64,000 nucleotides of DNA, from assembly GCA_965237955.1 (NCBI GenBank), contig OZ250169.1:6400001-6464000 (forward strand), given 5' to 3'. The notes under the pieces are model-generated. The model ran no database searches. It had not been told where the DNA came from and saw only the letters and a program-made list of their open reading frames with translations. Shown here piece by piece: positions 1-9,687 of the stretch; position 1 is the first letter of the stretch; each line of letters begins with the position of its first letter. The DNA is from Candidatus Marinacidobacterales bacterium. Lineage in GTDB: Bacteria; Acidobacteriota; Vicinamibacteria; Marinacidobacterales; SMYC01. Made by a program: the position numbers and the translations under genes.

Positions 1-747
1 GAGCTCGACCTGAAAGCACCGGACCACACCACGCTGTCGCGGCGGAACAAAGACGTCGACGTGCCTTCACCTAGCAGGGTGCTTGATGGCCCGATACATC
101 TGATCGTCGATTCCACTGGACTGAAAATCTCGGGTGCCGGTGAGTGGCACGCCCACAGGCACAAGAGCTCGAAGGCGCGTCGACAATGGCGGAAGCTGCA
201 CGTCGGCGTGGATGACGACGGCTTCATCGTGGCGGCGAAGCTCACGAAGAGCAGCGAGGACGATCCGTCCACTGTCCCGTGTCTGCTCGAACAGGTCGAC
301 TCTCCGATCCGACGTTTCACAGCCGATGGGGCCTACGATACTCGGTCAGTGTACGAGCTGCTCGGTGAGGCCGGCACCGCGGACATCAAGATCGTGATCC
401 CACCTCGACGAGGGGCGGTGCCTTCGGACGGCGCCGAGGGCACGTGGGCGCAGCGGAACGCGACCCTCGAGACGATTCGCAAAGTCGGGCGCCAAGGCTG
501 GCAGCGGGAGTCACGGTATCGACGACAGGGCGCGGTCGAGAATCTTTTCTTCAGGTACAAGCGCACGCTCGGAAACAGCCTTCGTGCGCGAGGCTACGAA
601 TCGCAGAAGCGGGAGGCAGGGATCGGGTGCAATGTATTGAACCGGATGGCTGAGCTGGGCAAGCCTGAATCCCAAGCGATCGTCGGGGGGTAAGTTGGGC
701 CGCCAAAAGGTCCCGTGCGTGTCCCGAACTGATTCATGCACCAACGC
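1..747 (+). mobile_element. IS5-family (IS903-like) element, 3' part; transposase runs in from the window edge and stops at 693
   Basis: DDE motifs IVDSTGLK, WRKLHVGVD, ADGAYD, YRRQGAVEN; terminal sequence gattcatgcaccaacgc at 731-747. Confidence 0.9.
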
Positions 748-843
748 GCCGATATATCCGGGTGGGACGCTGAGCTTCTTAGCCGCGAATTAGCCGCGTC
801 GTGCATGCGCTTTTCGGCGATGAGCCCGCGGTCTCGGGGGAGC

Positions 844-3800
844 TCACTGCTGAGGTTTCTTCCAGTGAGGGAGCCGTCCCGGGGTCCACGGAGCGCCAGC
901 GGCGTCGAGCTTCGCTTCCAGCGTCCGAACGTCTTCCGCGATGAGGCGGCGCAGCTCCTCGAGCACGGGCTCGAACGCGTTGCCCGCGATCCTGAAGGCG
1001 GCCCGGTGCGTTTCGGTGGGGGCGGAAGTCGATCTCCAGTGACCCGAGACGATGCCTTGGACGCGCTCGACGATCGAAGGTGGTGTGGGCTCGCGCAGCG
1101 AGCGGATGGTCTTGTCCCCGTTGAGAGCGACGTCGATTTGGTAGAGACGATCTTCGAGACTCCGCGCTTCATCGAGAAGCGCCGTGTCGGCATCGGTGGA
1201 GAGCAGCAGGGCTTTCTCGATGTGCGCCAGGCGGTTCTCGGTCTCCTCGAGTGCGTGCGCCGCCCCGAGAACGGCGCGCTGGAGCGACGCCGTCTCCCGC
1301 TGAAATTTCACAAGCGCCACCCTGTCCTCGGCCGGGAGGCTGGCGGTACCAAGGGCCTCCGCTTCGAAGCGCCGCGGCTCGCCGAGCGGGATGATCTCCC
1401 CGTCGACGCGCTTCGACAGAGACACCGCGTAGGTTCCCGGCACCACCATGGGGCCCGCCGGGGGAGTCGCGAAGGGATTGTCGCTCTCTGGCTCCTCTAA
1501 GCGCGTGGGAAGCGAATCCGGAAACCGGAAATCCCACGTCACCCTGTGAAACCCTTCCGCCGTGGGGCCGCTCAGCCGGCGAACGACGGTTCCCTCGGCA
1601 TCGCGAACAGTCAGGTAGACGACCGGATCGTCCTCGCGCTCCTCGGCCCTCAGCTCGTCCCACGGAGGATAGCGGATCGTTCCTCCCTCGCCCTCGATGC
1701 GCTTCTCTTCCTCCCGGCGTTTCTTCTTTCGGGTCTGGAGCTCTTCCTTCAGGTAGTACGTAAGCACAGCGCCGACGGGCGGATTCTCCGCGGTGTAGTA
1801 CGAATCTCCCTGAAACGACTTGCCACGGAGGCCCAGCGGGCGCGCTTCCATGAACATCCACGATCGCTTCGGCTGGAAGAGGATGGCTTCCTCCTCGAGT
1901 GCTTCCGCGCTGACTCTACGAAGCGGAGAATAGTCGTCGAGGATATAGAAACCACGACCGAAAGTCCCGAGAACCAGGTCGTTTTCCCGGCGCTGGATGG
2001 TGAGATCGCGGACGGAGATGGTGGGCAGCCCACCCTCGAGTTTCGTCCAGCGACCCCCGCCGTCGACGGTTACGAACACACCGAACTCGGTCCCGGCGAA
2101 CAGGAGGTTCGGGTTCTCGTGGTCTTCGGCGAGGGCGTATACCGGACCATTGGCCGGAAGGTTGCCGGAGATCGACGACCAGCTCGCGCCTCTATCCGTG
2201 CTCCTGAACACGTAAGGCGCGAAGTCTCCCATTTTGTGGTTGTCGAAGCCGGCATAGACGATATTCTCGTCGCGGAGCGAAGCACCGAGGTGGCTCACGT
2301 AGGTTCGCTCGGGAACCTCTGGAGGAAGCTCGGTTCGCGCCCAGTGGCTTCCGGCGTCGTCCGTCACGTGGATGAGCCCGTCGTCCGTCCCCACGTAGAT
2401 CAAGCCCTCCTTCAGCGGCGACTCCGACAGCGAGACGATGTTGCCGTACTTCGACGTGTTGCGGTTCTTCCTCACCGCGTCCACACTCCACACTTTGCCC
2501 ATGACCTCGAGCTGGTTCCGATCGATCGCCGCCGTCAAGTCCGGGCTCACCGCCCGCCAGGAATTCCCCCGGTTGTCGCTGCGGAAGAGCCTGTTGGCAG
2601 CGAAGTACAACCGGGTGTGCGAGTGCGGGCTGATAATGAGGGGGGAGTCCCAGTTCCACTTGAGGCCATCCTCGCCCTCGCCCGGCTGCGGTTGGATGAA
2701 GATGGCTTCGCCGCTCTTGCGGTCGAATCGTACTAGACCGCCATGCTGAGATTGGGCGTACAGGATGTTGGGATCTTCAGGGTCCACCACGGTTTCGAAT
2801 CCGTCGCCGCTCCAGGTCACGAACCAGTCGGAGTTGACGATGCCGTGCGCGGACACCGTTCGCGAGGGTCCACCGAGGCTGAAGTTGTCCTGGGTGCCTC
2901 CGTAGACGTTGTAAAAAGGGAAATCGTTATCGACGCTGACCCGATAGAACTGGGTGAGGGGGAGGTTCGCCTTGAAGTGCCAGCTCGAGCCCCGATCGAA
3001 GCTTTCGTAGACGCCGCCGTCGCAACCGGCGAGGAGGTAATCCGTGTCCTCGGGGTCGATCCAGAGCGCGTGGTTGTCCACATGCTTGAACGTTTCGCCC
3101 ACCCGCGCGAAAGTCTTGCCCCCGTCCTCACTCACCATCATGTAGTTGTCCATGGAGTAGACCCGGTCGGGGTTTTTAGGGTCCGCCACCAGTTCCTGAT
3201 AGTACTGCGGGCTTCCGCTGACATGCGGGTTTCGCTTCTCCCAGTTGGAGCCGGCATCGATCGAACGATAGACGCCGAAGGCGTCGGCTTCGGCTTCGAT
3301 GATCGCGTAGACGACGTCCGGATTGGCAGGCGATTGGGCGAGACCGATCCGTCCCACATCGCCCTTGGGAAGACCACGAGTGAGCTTCTCCCAGTTTTCA
3401 CCGCCATCGGTCGTCTTGTAAAGGGCCGACTCCGGACCTCCGTCGATGAGCGTCCAAACGTGTCGCCGCCTTTGGTAGGACGCGGCAACGAGAACGTCCG
3501 GGTCGCGCGGATCCATGACGAAGTCCGTCACCCCCGTGTTCTCGCTGATCTCGAGCACCAGGGTCCACGTTTCTCCGCCATCCGCAGTCTTGTAGAGCCC
3601 CCGCTCCCCGCCCGCACGCCAGAGCGGCCCCTGGGAGGCCACGTAGACGGTGTCGGAGTCCCGCGGGTCCACCAGAATCTTGGCGATGTGCTCGGAGCTC
3701 TGAAGGCCCATGTTCTTCCAGCTCTTGCCCCCGTCTACGGACTTGTAGACGCCGTCGCCGTAAGAGACGCTCCTCTGGCTGTTGTTCTCACCGGTTCCCA

Positions 3801-4125
3801 CCCACACCACCAACGGGTTGTTCGGATCGATGCGGATGCAGCCGATGGAGAACGAAGACTGGTCGTCGAAGATCGGGGTCCAGGTCGTTCCCGAGTTCTC
3901 CGTTTTCCAGACTCCTCCGGAAGCGGCGGCCACGTAGTAGATCTTGCGGTTGTCGGGATGAACGGCGATGTCGACCACCCGTCCCGACGTGACTGCGGGA
4001 CCGATCGATCGAAAGCGAAGCCCGCTGAAAGTCTCGCTCGTCAGCCGGTCGTCCGATTCCTGAGCCGCGGCGGCGAGGCAAGCGAGCGCCAGGACGAACA
4101 GCGCGAATGAGCTTCGTTTCAACAT
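844..4125 (-). CDS. Secreted VPS10/BNR (Asp-box) repeat beta-propeller glycosyl hydrolase-like protein
   Basis: Signal peptide MLKRSSFALFVLALACLAAAA; RSIGPAVTSGRV motif; many SxDGGxxW Asp-boxes. Confidence 0.85.
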   Translation of the reverse strand: MLKRSSFALFVLALACLAAAAQESDDRLTSETFSGLRFRSIGPAVTSGRVVDIAVHPDNRKIYYVAAASGGVWKTENSGTTWTPIFDDQSSFSIGCIRIDPNNPLVVWVGTGENNSQRSVSYGDGVYKSVDGGKSWKNMGLQSSEHIAKILVDPRDSDTVYVASQGPLWRAGGERGLYKTADGGETWTLVLEISENTGVTDFVMDPRDPDVLVAASYQRRRHVWTLIDGGPESALYKTTDGGENWEKLTRGLPKGDVGRIGLAQSPANPDVVYAIIEAEADAFGVYRSIDAGSNWEKRNPHVSGSPQYYQELVADPKNPDRVYSMDNYMMVSEDGGKTFARVGETFKHVDNHALWIDPEDTDYLLAGCDGGVYESFDRGSSWHFKANLPLTQFYRVSVDNDFPFYNVYGGTQDNFSLGGPSRTVSAHGIVNSDWFVTWSGDGFETVVDPEDPNILYAQSQHGGLVRFDRKSGEAIFIQPQPGEGEDGLKWNWDSPLIISPHSHTRLYFAANRLFRSDNRGNSWRAVSPDLTAAIDRNQLEVMGKVWSVDAVRKNRNTSKYGNIVSLSESPLKEGLIYVGTDDGLIHVTDDAGSHWARTELPPEVPERTYVSHLGASLRDENIVYAGFDNHKMGDFAPYVFRSTDRGASWSSISGNLPANGPVYALAEDHENPNLLFAGTEFGVFVTVDGGGRWTKLEGGLPTISVRDLTIQRRENDLVLGTFGRGFYILDDYSPLRRVSAEALEEEAILFQPKRSWMFMEARPLGLRGKSFQGDSYYTAENPPVGAVLTYYLKEELQTRKKKRREEEKRIEGEGGTIRYPPWDELRAEEREDDPVVYLTVRDAEGTVVRRLSGPTAEGFHRVTWDFRFPDSLPTRLEEPESDNPFATPPAGPMVVPGTYAVSLSKRVDGEIIPLGEPRRFEAEALGTASLPAEDRVALVKFQRETASLQRAVLGAAHALEETENRLAHIEKALLLSTDADTALLDEARSLEDRLYQIDVALNGDKTIRSLREPTPPSIVERVQGIVSGHWRSTSAPTETHRAAFRIAGNAFEPVLEELRRLIAEDVRTLEAKLDAAGAPWTPGRLPHWKKPQQ

Positions 4126-4155
4126 AGGGGAGATTATAGAGGAGTGGCCTTTAGT

Positions 4156-5320
4156 AAGGATAGTCAATTTCAAGTCGCTCCCGCGTGCCTGCGGCGCGAT
4201 TATTCGCCTAAGGATGATCTGTTCAGCCTCGTAGGCGGTGTCGAGGTTAGCAGTCGTCGATGAAGAGGCTGGCGCCGGGGGATGGAGCTTCAGATTGAGT
4301 TATGTGTTGGCGAGAAGACGAACGAGTGGCGCGGCGTGCCGGCGTCGCGGCACAAGGGAGTGGCGAAATCGGCGATTAGTGTTTTGGAGGAGCGCGGGAG
4401 TTGCGGTGTCGCTTATGCAAATGGTCGAGCAATTTTTCGAATGACTTTGTGGTCGGTAATAAAGCCGATCACACGCAGGGTCCCACCGCACTCACATTTC
4501 AAAGGATCGACTCGATAGACCCGTTTGATGAGCCGCGCCCAACTTTTTCTGAGAGCGGCGCGCTTTTTTTGGCGAGAGCTCGGGTTCGGTCTTGGATTTT
4601 GAGCTGTTGTTGTCACCGAGGGATTGAAGGGAAATGCCGTGCTTTTTCTGGAAAACCAGTGTCCTCGAAGCGTAGGCGCCAAAGTAGTGAACGCCATGTT
4701 TTCGAGGCTCTGAATCGTCCGCATTCGGGCTCCTTCGAGGGTATGAGATGTTGCGGGGCCCCTTCGAAGGTCTACCCACCGCAAAAATCTGGGTGAGGAC
4801 TCGGGCGATGAACTCGAAAATGTCGAGGCTCTCGCCTTGGGGATGGGAAAGCAAAGTGTCGTCATGGGAGCCTTTGCTCTCGTAGAACAGAGTCTTGGAA
4901 CCGGGCGTCCAGTGAATGCGTGAGAGGCTGACGGGGCACCGCAATAAGTACCGGCAAAGCCTTTCGAGCCCCTGTGTGTCTTGCGGCCAAACGGTGGGAG
5001 AGGTGTCGACGGAAAAACCGCTATTTCGAAACGAGAGGAGCAAGTTCATGCGTGCGTCGCTCAAGAGGTCTTTACTCTTGAGCAAGCGAAATATTTTGTG
5101 AGCAAACAACTTCTCGGCGACGTTGGTATCGATATAGGGGACAGGCAGCCACTGACCTTTCTCGTCCCAGACCCCGCGAGAGGCGAGGCAATGAGCATGC
5201 GGATGTACGTTTAAAACACTTCCAAATGTTTGCGGTACGGCAACCACCCCGGGACGGGCTTTGTGGTCACCGGTGGCTTCGCTCATCAACTCGTTGATGG
5301 TCTCATAACCAAGGCGAACG
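4156..5320 (-). mobile_element. IS91-family element, 5'-truncated, with frameshifted HUH transposase (copy 1)
   Basis: QTFGSVLNVHPHAHCL HUH motif, HYFGAY, VDPLKCECGG; ori-like end ttgaaattgactatcctt on the minus strand; T7 run near 4565 where copy 2 has T6. Confidence 0.85.
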
Positions 5321-5389
5321 GCTTATGCTTGATCTTGGGAGTTTTCGGGTCTAGCGTAGCTGAACCGTCCGGACAGGGAGGCGAGAACA

Positions 5390-7001
5390 ATGAAAAACAA
5401 GACGTTTTGGATAGGCTTTGTGGTTGTTTACGTGGCGATGCAGGGGAGGTGCCCCCACCATAGTTGAAGGTTCGAGGTGGTGGCGGCTCCTGACACATGG
5501 TTTACCCGACTTTGGCGTGCTTGTCGAGCGCTTGATTCTCAGTGACCTCCGCTAACTTCGCTTCGAGGATCGGTAGCGATTGGTATCCAATGATACGACG
5601 GAAATTTTTCTCCGTGGCGAGCAGAGCCGAAGCGGCCCATCTCAGAACCATCTTGCCATTGCGCCAGCGGGTGACGCGACGGGTACGACCTCGCGCACCG
5701 CTGAAGCACGACTCGATGATGTTCGTCGATCCAAGGCAGCGTTTCAGAGATGCGGGGAGGTCGAGCTCGTTGATGGTGAACATCTCGTCGAGCCCCTCCC
5801 GGATGCTCTCCGCCGCCGAGGGGTAGTCGTCCTCGAGCCACTTCGCCTGTTGCTCCAACCGCGCTTTGCCCTTCTTTGCTGGGAGCTGCCAGGCCGAACG
5901 CAGGCTCGCTTGCACTTGCGGCTTCAGCTCCTGCGGCAGATAACCGAGCACATTGCGCTCCTTGTGCTTCCTGCAACGCTGGACCTTGTTGTGGGTACCG
6001 AACACAGCGTCGACGGCGAGCCGTAGCGCCTTGGAGCCATCGATCACGAACAGCCGACACCGCTCTGGGCTCAGGCCTCGTTCGACCAGGTCCTCCAGCA
6101 GCGCCTTGCACACTATCTGGTTCTCCGATGCTCCATCCCGAAGCCCCAGAACATGCTTGTATCCCTCTGTATCTACGCCGATTGCCGCCAGCGCGTGGTG
6201 CACGCCGAAGCGAATCCCGTCCAGGTACACGACCGCGATCTCCAGCTCGTCCAGCGGACGCTCCATCAGCCCCTGCAACTGCTCCGCGCTTGCTTCCACG
6301 AACTCACGGCTCACCTCGCTCTTGCTAACCCCTACCGTCTCCGCCATCTCGGGAAGAACCGACGCGTACTTGCGCGTCGACACACCCAGCATCAGGATTT
6401 CCCAGATGCGTTGGCTCAGCCGAGACGAGTTGTTCACCGCTTCGTAGGCAGGAATCGCAACCTCCCCTCCCTCTGCCTTTCCCTTACGCCGCAGACGTGG
6501 CCGGCTCACTCTCAACTTCCGCTCCGCAAGGCTTACTACGCCACCCTGCCGGCCGTGCCAGCGAACATCGCTACCCTTCTTCCCCGGGTGTTTCTCCCCA
6601 GCCACACTTTGGGCTGACAGATCCAAGACCGCTTCGATCGTCGCTCGGCCAGCAACGTCGATCACTTCGTCGATCGCTATCTCGGTTCGCTCAATCGCAT
6701 CCAAGAACGGCAACAGAGCTTGCCCCTTCGAGCTCAGTATCTCTCGAAGCTTCTTCCTGTTCTTCGCATCGATGATTTGGTAATTTGACATCGTGGTGGC
6801 TCCTTTCTTTTTCCTTCACAGCCGGATTCTATCGAACCCGGCCTTAGGAGCCGCCACTCCTAACCTTCAACTATCTCAGGGGCATCTCCGGTCCCGGCCG
6901 ACGTGGCAACAATTTGGCTCATCAGCGGCTTGGTTTCGTTTATCGTCGCCGGCGCGCTATTTGCGGCGATTTACAAGCCTGAGACCGCGAGTCAGCAATA
7001 A
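5390..7001 (+). pseudogene. Small membrane protein gene broken by IS256; N-terminus 5390-5444, C-terminus 6890-7001
   Basis: RBS plus MKNKTFWIGFVVVYVAMQ before the IS; hydrophobic PADVATIWLISGLVSFIVAGALFAAIYKP-stop after it; no target duplication, so an adjacent deletion is likely. Confidence 0.55.
5445..6889 (-). mobile_element. IS256-family element; intact transposase 5502-6791
   Basis: YLDG, FVIDGSKAL, QRCRKHKERN, STNIIES motifs; imperfect IRs ggaggtgcccccaccatagttgaagg / ccttcaactatctcaggggcatctcc. Confidence 0.92.
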
Positions 7002-7092
7002 GGGATTATCGGGTAGGCTGTGACCGAACCGAAAAGGCAGTCCGGTCACGGGCGCCCGCACACTTGACTCCTCAAACGAAAGGCGGCGGCAA

Positions 7093-8001
7093 ATGAACTC
7101 CCATACCTTCCTTACAGTCTTCGGAGCGCTGGCGCTCAGCCTCGTCGCCTGTGCCCCGGCCGACGAAGCAACGCCACCTGCGGAAGGTGCGGGCGCAAGC
7201 GGGCTGGAAAGCAGGCTTGGAGAAGGCCTCCTGTTTCACGCGTCCTTCGATCACGGTCCAGACGCGGACTTTGCTCGCGGTGACGACGTGCTCTACACGG
7301 CGCCGTCTTACGATGAGCTTGATCGGGCGAGACCGGGCATCGGCAATCCGGACGTTACGATCACGGCCGGTGCGGGTCGTTTCGGCGATGCGCTTCAGTT
7401 CGCCAGAAAGAACGTCCACGCTATCTTCTATCGCGCCCCGGGAAATACGCCTTACACGACGTCCGAATGGTCCGGAACCGTCTCGTTTTGGCTGAGCCTC
7501 GATCCCGCGGTCGATCTGGAGCCAGGCTTCTGCGATCCCATTCAGCTCACCGACTCGGCCTATAACGACGCCGCGATCTGGGTCGACTTCATCGGCGAGA
7601 ACGCCCGCCAGTTTCGGCTCGGGATCTTCGGTGACTTGAGCGAGTGGAATCCGGACGAACTCTCTCCCAACGACAATCCGTTTTTCACGGATCGTCTGAT
7701 CGCGGTCGACGAACCGCCGTTCGAGAGCGGCCAGTGGACCCACGTAGCCATCACCTTTTCGGGAATCAATACGGCATCGGGCGGAACGGCAAACCTCTAT
7801 CTGAACGGCTCCGCCCGGCCCAAGACCATGGAGGGACTGAACGAGTCCTTCACTTGGGACGCGTCTCGCGGCGAGGTCCGCCTGGGCATCAACTACGTGG
7901 GGCTCTTCGACGAGCTCTCCATCTTCGACCGCTCCTTGAGCGCGGACGAGGTGGGTGAGCTCTATCGGCTGGAGGCGGGCGTTGCTTCACTCCACCCGTA
8001 G
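7093..8001 (+). CDS. LamG/concanavalin-A-like lectin domain lipoprotein
   Basis: Lipobox LVAC; GQWTHVAIT, LYLNG, GLFDELSIFDRSLS motifs. Confidence 0.8.
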   Translation: MNSHTFLTVFGALALSLVACAPADEATPPAEGAGASGLESRLGEGLLFHASFDHGPDADFARGDDVLYTAPSYDELDRARPGIGNPDVTITAGAGRFGDALQFARKNVHAIFYRAPGNTPYTTSEWSGTVSFWLSLDPAVDLEPGFCDPIQLTDSAYNDAAIWVDFIGENARQFRLGIFGDLSEWNPDELSPNDNPFFTDRLIAVDEPPFESGQWTHVAITFSGINTASGGTANLYLNGSARPKTMEGLNESFTWDASRGEVRLGINYVGLFDELSIFDRSLSADEVGELYRLEAGVASLHP

Positions 8002-8026
8002 CTCAGTCGGCCGCAATCAAAGTAGC

Positions 8027-9571
8027 CTACAACGCAGGCTTGCGTTCAATCTTGAAGGTGAAAGCATGCTCGCAAGGTTTTTTGTCCGGGGTTTTGATAG
8101 TAAGGCCGTCTTCAGTCATCGTCCATTCCAGTTCTTCATCAACACCAAGCATCTTTATGGATTCGATCTCTGATTCATGTAGTCTAAATGCTTCGCCAGG
8201 CAGTAATCCAACGCCAGCCAGGAACTTGATTGTAACCTCATCTCCTGGCCAATCGAGACTAATCGCATAGATGACGTTATCCTTAACAGTAAACCTGATA
8301 TCCTGACCTGTATGTGGGACTTTCTTCCTCTTCTGGGTAGTATCCGCAACCTTAGGAGCCCACTTCCAAACAAGATCCGACATAGCTGAAGGACCTTCTC
8401 CATGTCTTATCCAAGCCGTGGTACCGTAAATCGCTTCACCGTTTACCTTCAGCCATTCGCCCATACCCAGCAGACGTTTCCTAGCCTCTTCAGGGATCGT
8501 TCCATCAGGTTTGGGACCAACATTGAGCAAAAGGAACCCATTCATGCTGACTCTATCCACGAGATCATCCACCAACGTATTTACCGATCTGAATTTTGCA
8601 TCCTTAGTGTAAGACCATACGGGTGGGTCATCTACAGAGGGAGCCGACATCCACGTATGATATGTCAGCTGCTTTTTTCCCCCTGAGTTCTCGAGACCAA
8701 CGCCGGGCGGAAAATCATGAACTTTATACGATACTAAGACTTCCTTGCCACGTTCAACGGATTTGTTGTAGTAGTAGGCTAGAAAGTTCTTTTGATAAAC
8801 ATCTTTCCTTATTCCCTCCAGAGGAGAGTCAAACCATATAAAGTCGGGATCATATTTATCGATAACTTCTATTAGTTTTCCGTACCATTCATCTAAGAAC
8901 TCCTTGTTGGGCTCGTCTCCTTTCTCGTGAATCTGGCCGTATAACCCTGAATACTTCGGATCGGAACAGTCAAATCTCTCGTCCCATACCGGAAAGAAAG
9001 TCCAGTTCGTGGAATGGTGGAATGTAGTTACGAACTTCATGTTGCGTTTCTTGATGGCTTTTTCTAACTCCCCGACAACATCTCTTTTCGGCCCCATCTT
9101 CGCAGCATTCCATTCTGAGTACTTGGTATCCCACATTGCGAAGCCATCGTGGTGTTCTGCGACTGGACCAGCGAATTTTGCGCCAGCCTTTTCGAAAAGC
9201 TCTGCCCATTCGTCAGCATCGAACTTCTCCGCCTTAAACATAGGAATAAATTCCTTGTATCCGAATTCCGAGAGAGGACCGTATGTTGCTACGTGGTGTT
9301 TGTGCTGTTCGGAATCTTCACTCGAATAAATAAAATAGGGATACCAGGTGCCATCGGGACCCATGGCAGGTACCGAATAAACTCCCCAATGTGTATAAAT
9401 TCCAAACTTGCCATCTTGTACCCACTGCGGGACTGGATAGCGTTTTAGAGATCTCCAGGTAGGCTTGTAGGATTCCTCGGCCATAGAGCCATTCTTGCAG
9501 CTGGCAAGCGAACCAGCTGTCATTATCACTACCATCGATATCCCGGCCAATAGAATCGACTTTTTAAACAT
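8027..9571 (-). CDS. Alpha-L-fucosidase (GH29), predicted lipoprotein, lower GC than its neighbours
   Basis: KFGIYTHWGVYSVP, AEHHDGFAMW, IWFD, LLLNVGP, NGEAIYGT motifs; RBS aggagg. Confidence 0.93.
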   Translation of the reverse strand: MFKKSILLAGISMVVIMTAGSLASCKNGSMAEESYKPTWRSLKRYPVPQWVQDGKFGIYTHWGVYSVPAMGPDGTWYPYFIYSSEDSEQHKHHVATYGPLSEFGYKEFIPMFKAEKFDADEWAELFEKAGAKFAGPVAEHHDGFAMWDTKYSEWNAAKMGPKRDVVGELEKAIKKRNMKFVTTFHHSTNWTFFPVWDERFDCSDPKYSGLYGQIHEKGDEPNKEFLDEWYGKLIEVIDKYDPDFIWFDSPLEGIRKDVYQKNFLAYYYNKSVERGKEVLVSYKVHDFPPGVGLENSGGKKQLTYHTWMSAPSVDDPPVWSYTKDAKFRSVNTLVDDLVDRVSMNGFLLLNVGPKPDGTIPEEARKRLLGMGEWLKVNGEAIYGTTAWIRHGEGPSAMSDLVWKWAPKVADTTQKRKKVPHTGQDIRFTVKDNVIYAISLDWPGDEVTIKFLAGVGLLPGEAFRLHESEIESIKMLGVDEELEWTMTEDGLTIKTPDKKPCEHAFTFKIERKPAL

Positions 9572-9687
9572 TTCTTCCTCCTATGTGTTTCCGAGCGGTC
9601 GCATTGGCCGCTTTCCTCCACGACGAAGTCTTCGCGATCGCCAGCGAACGCGCCGCGTACTTGACGTCAGAGCGAAAACTCGGGCGA

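Noticed and set aside
4126-4175. Hybrid promoter from IS91 TTGACT and host TATAAT driving the VPS10 gene
   Set aside because: The spacer is 23 bp, too long for sigma70
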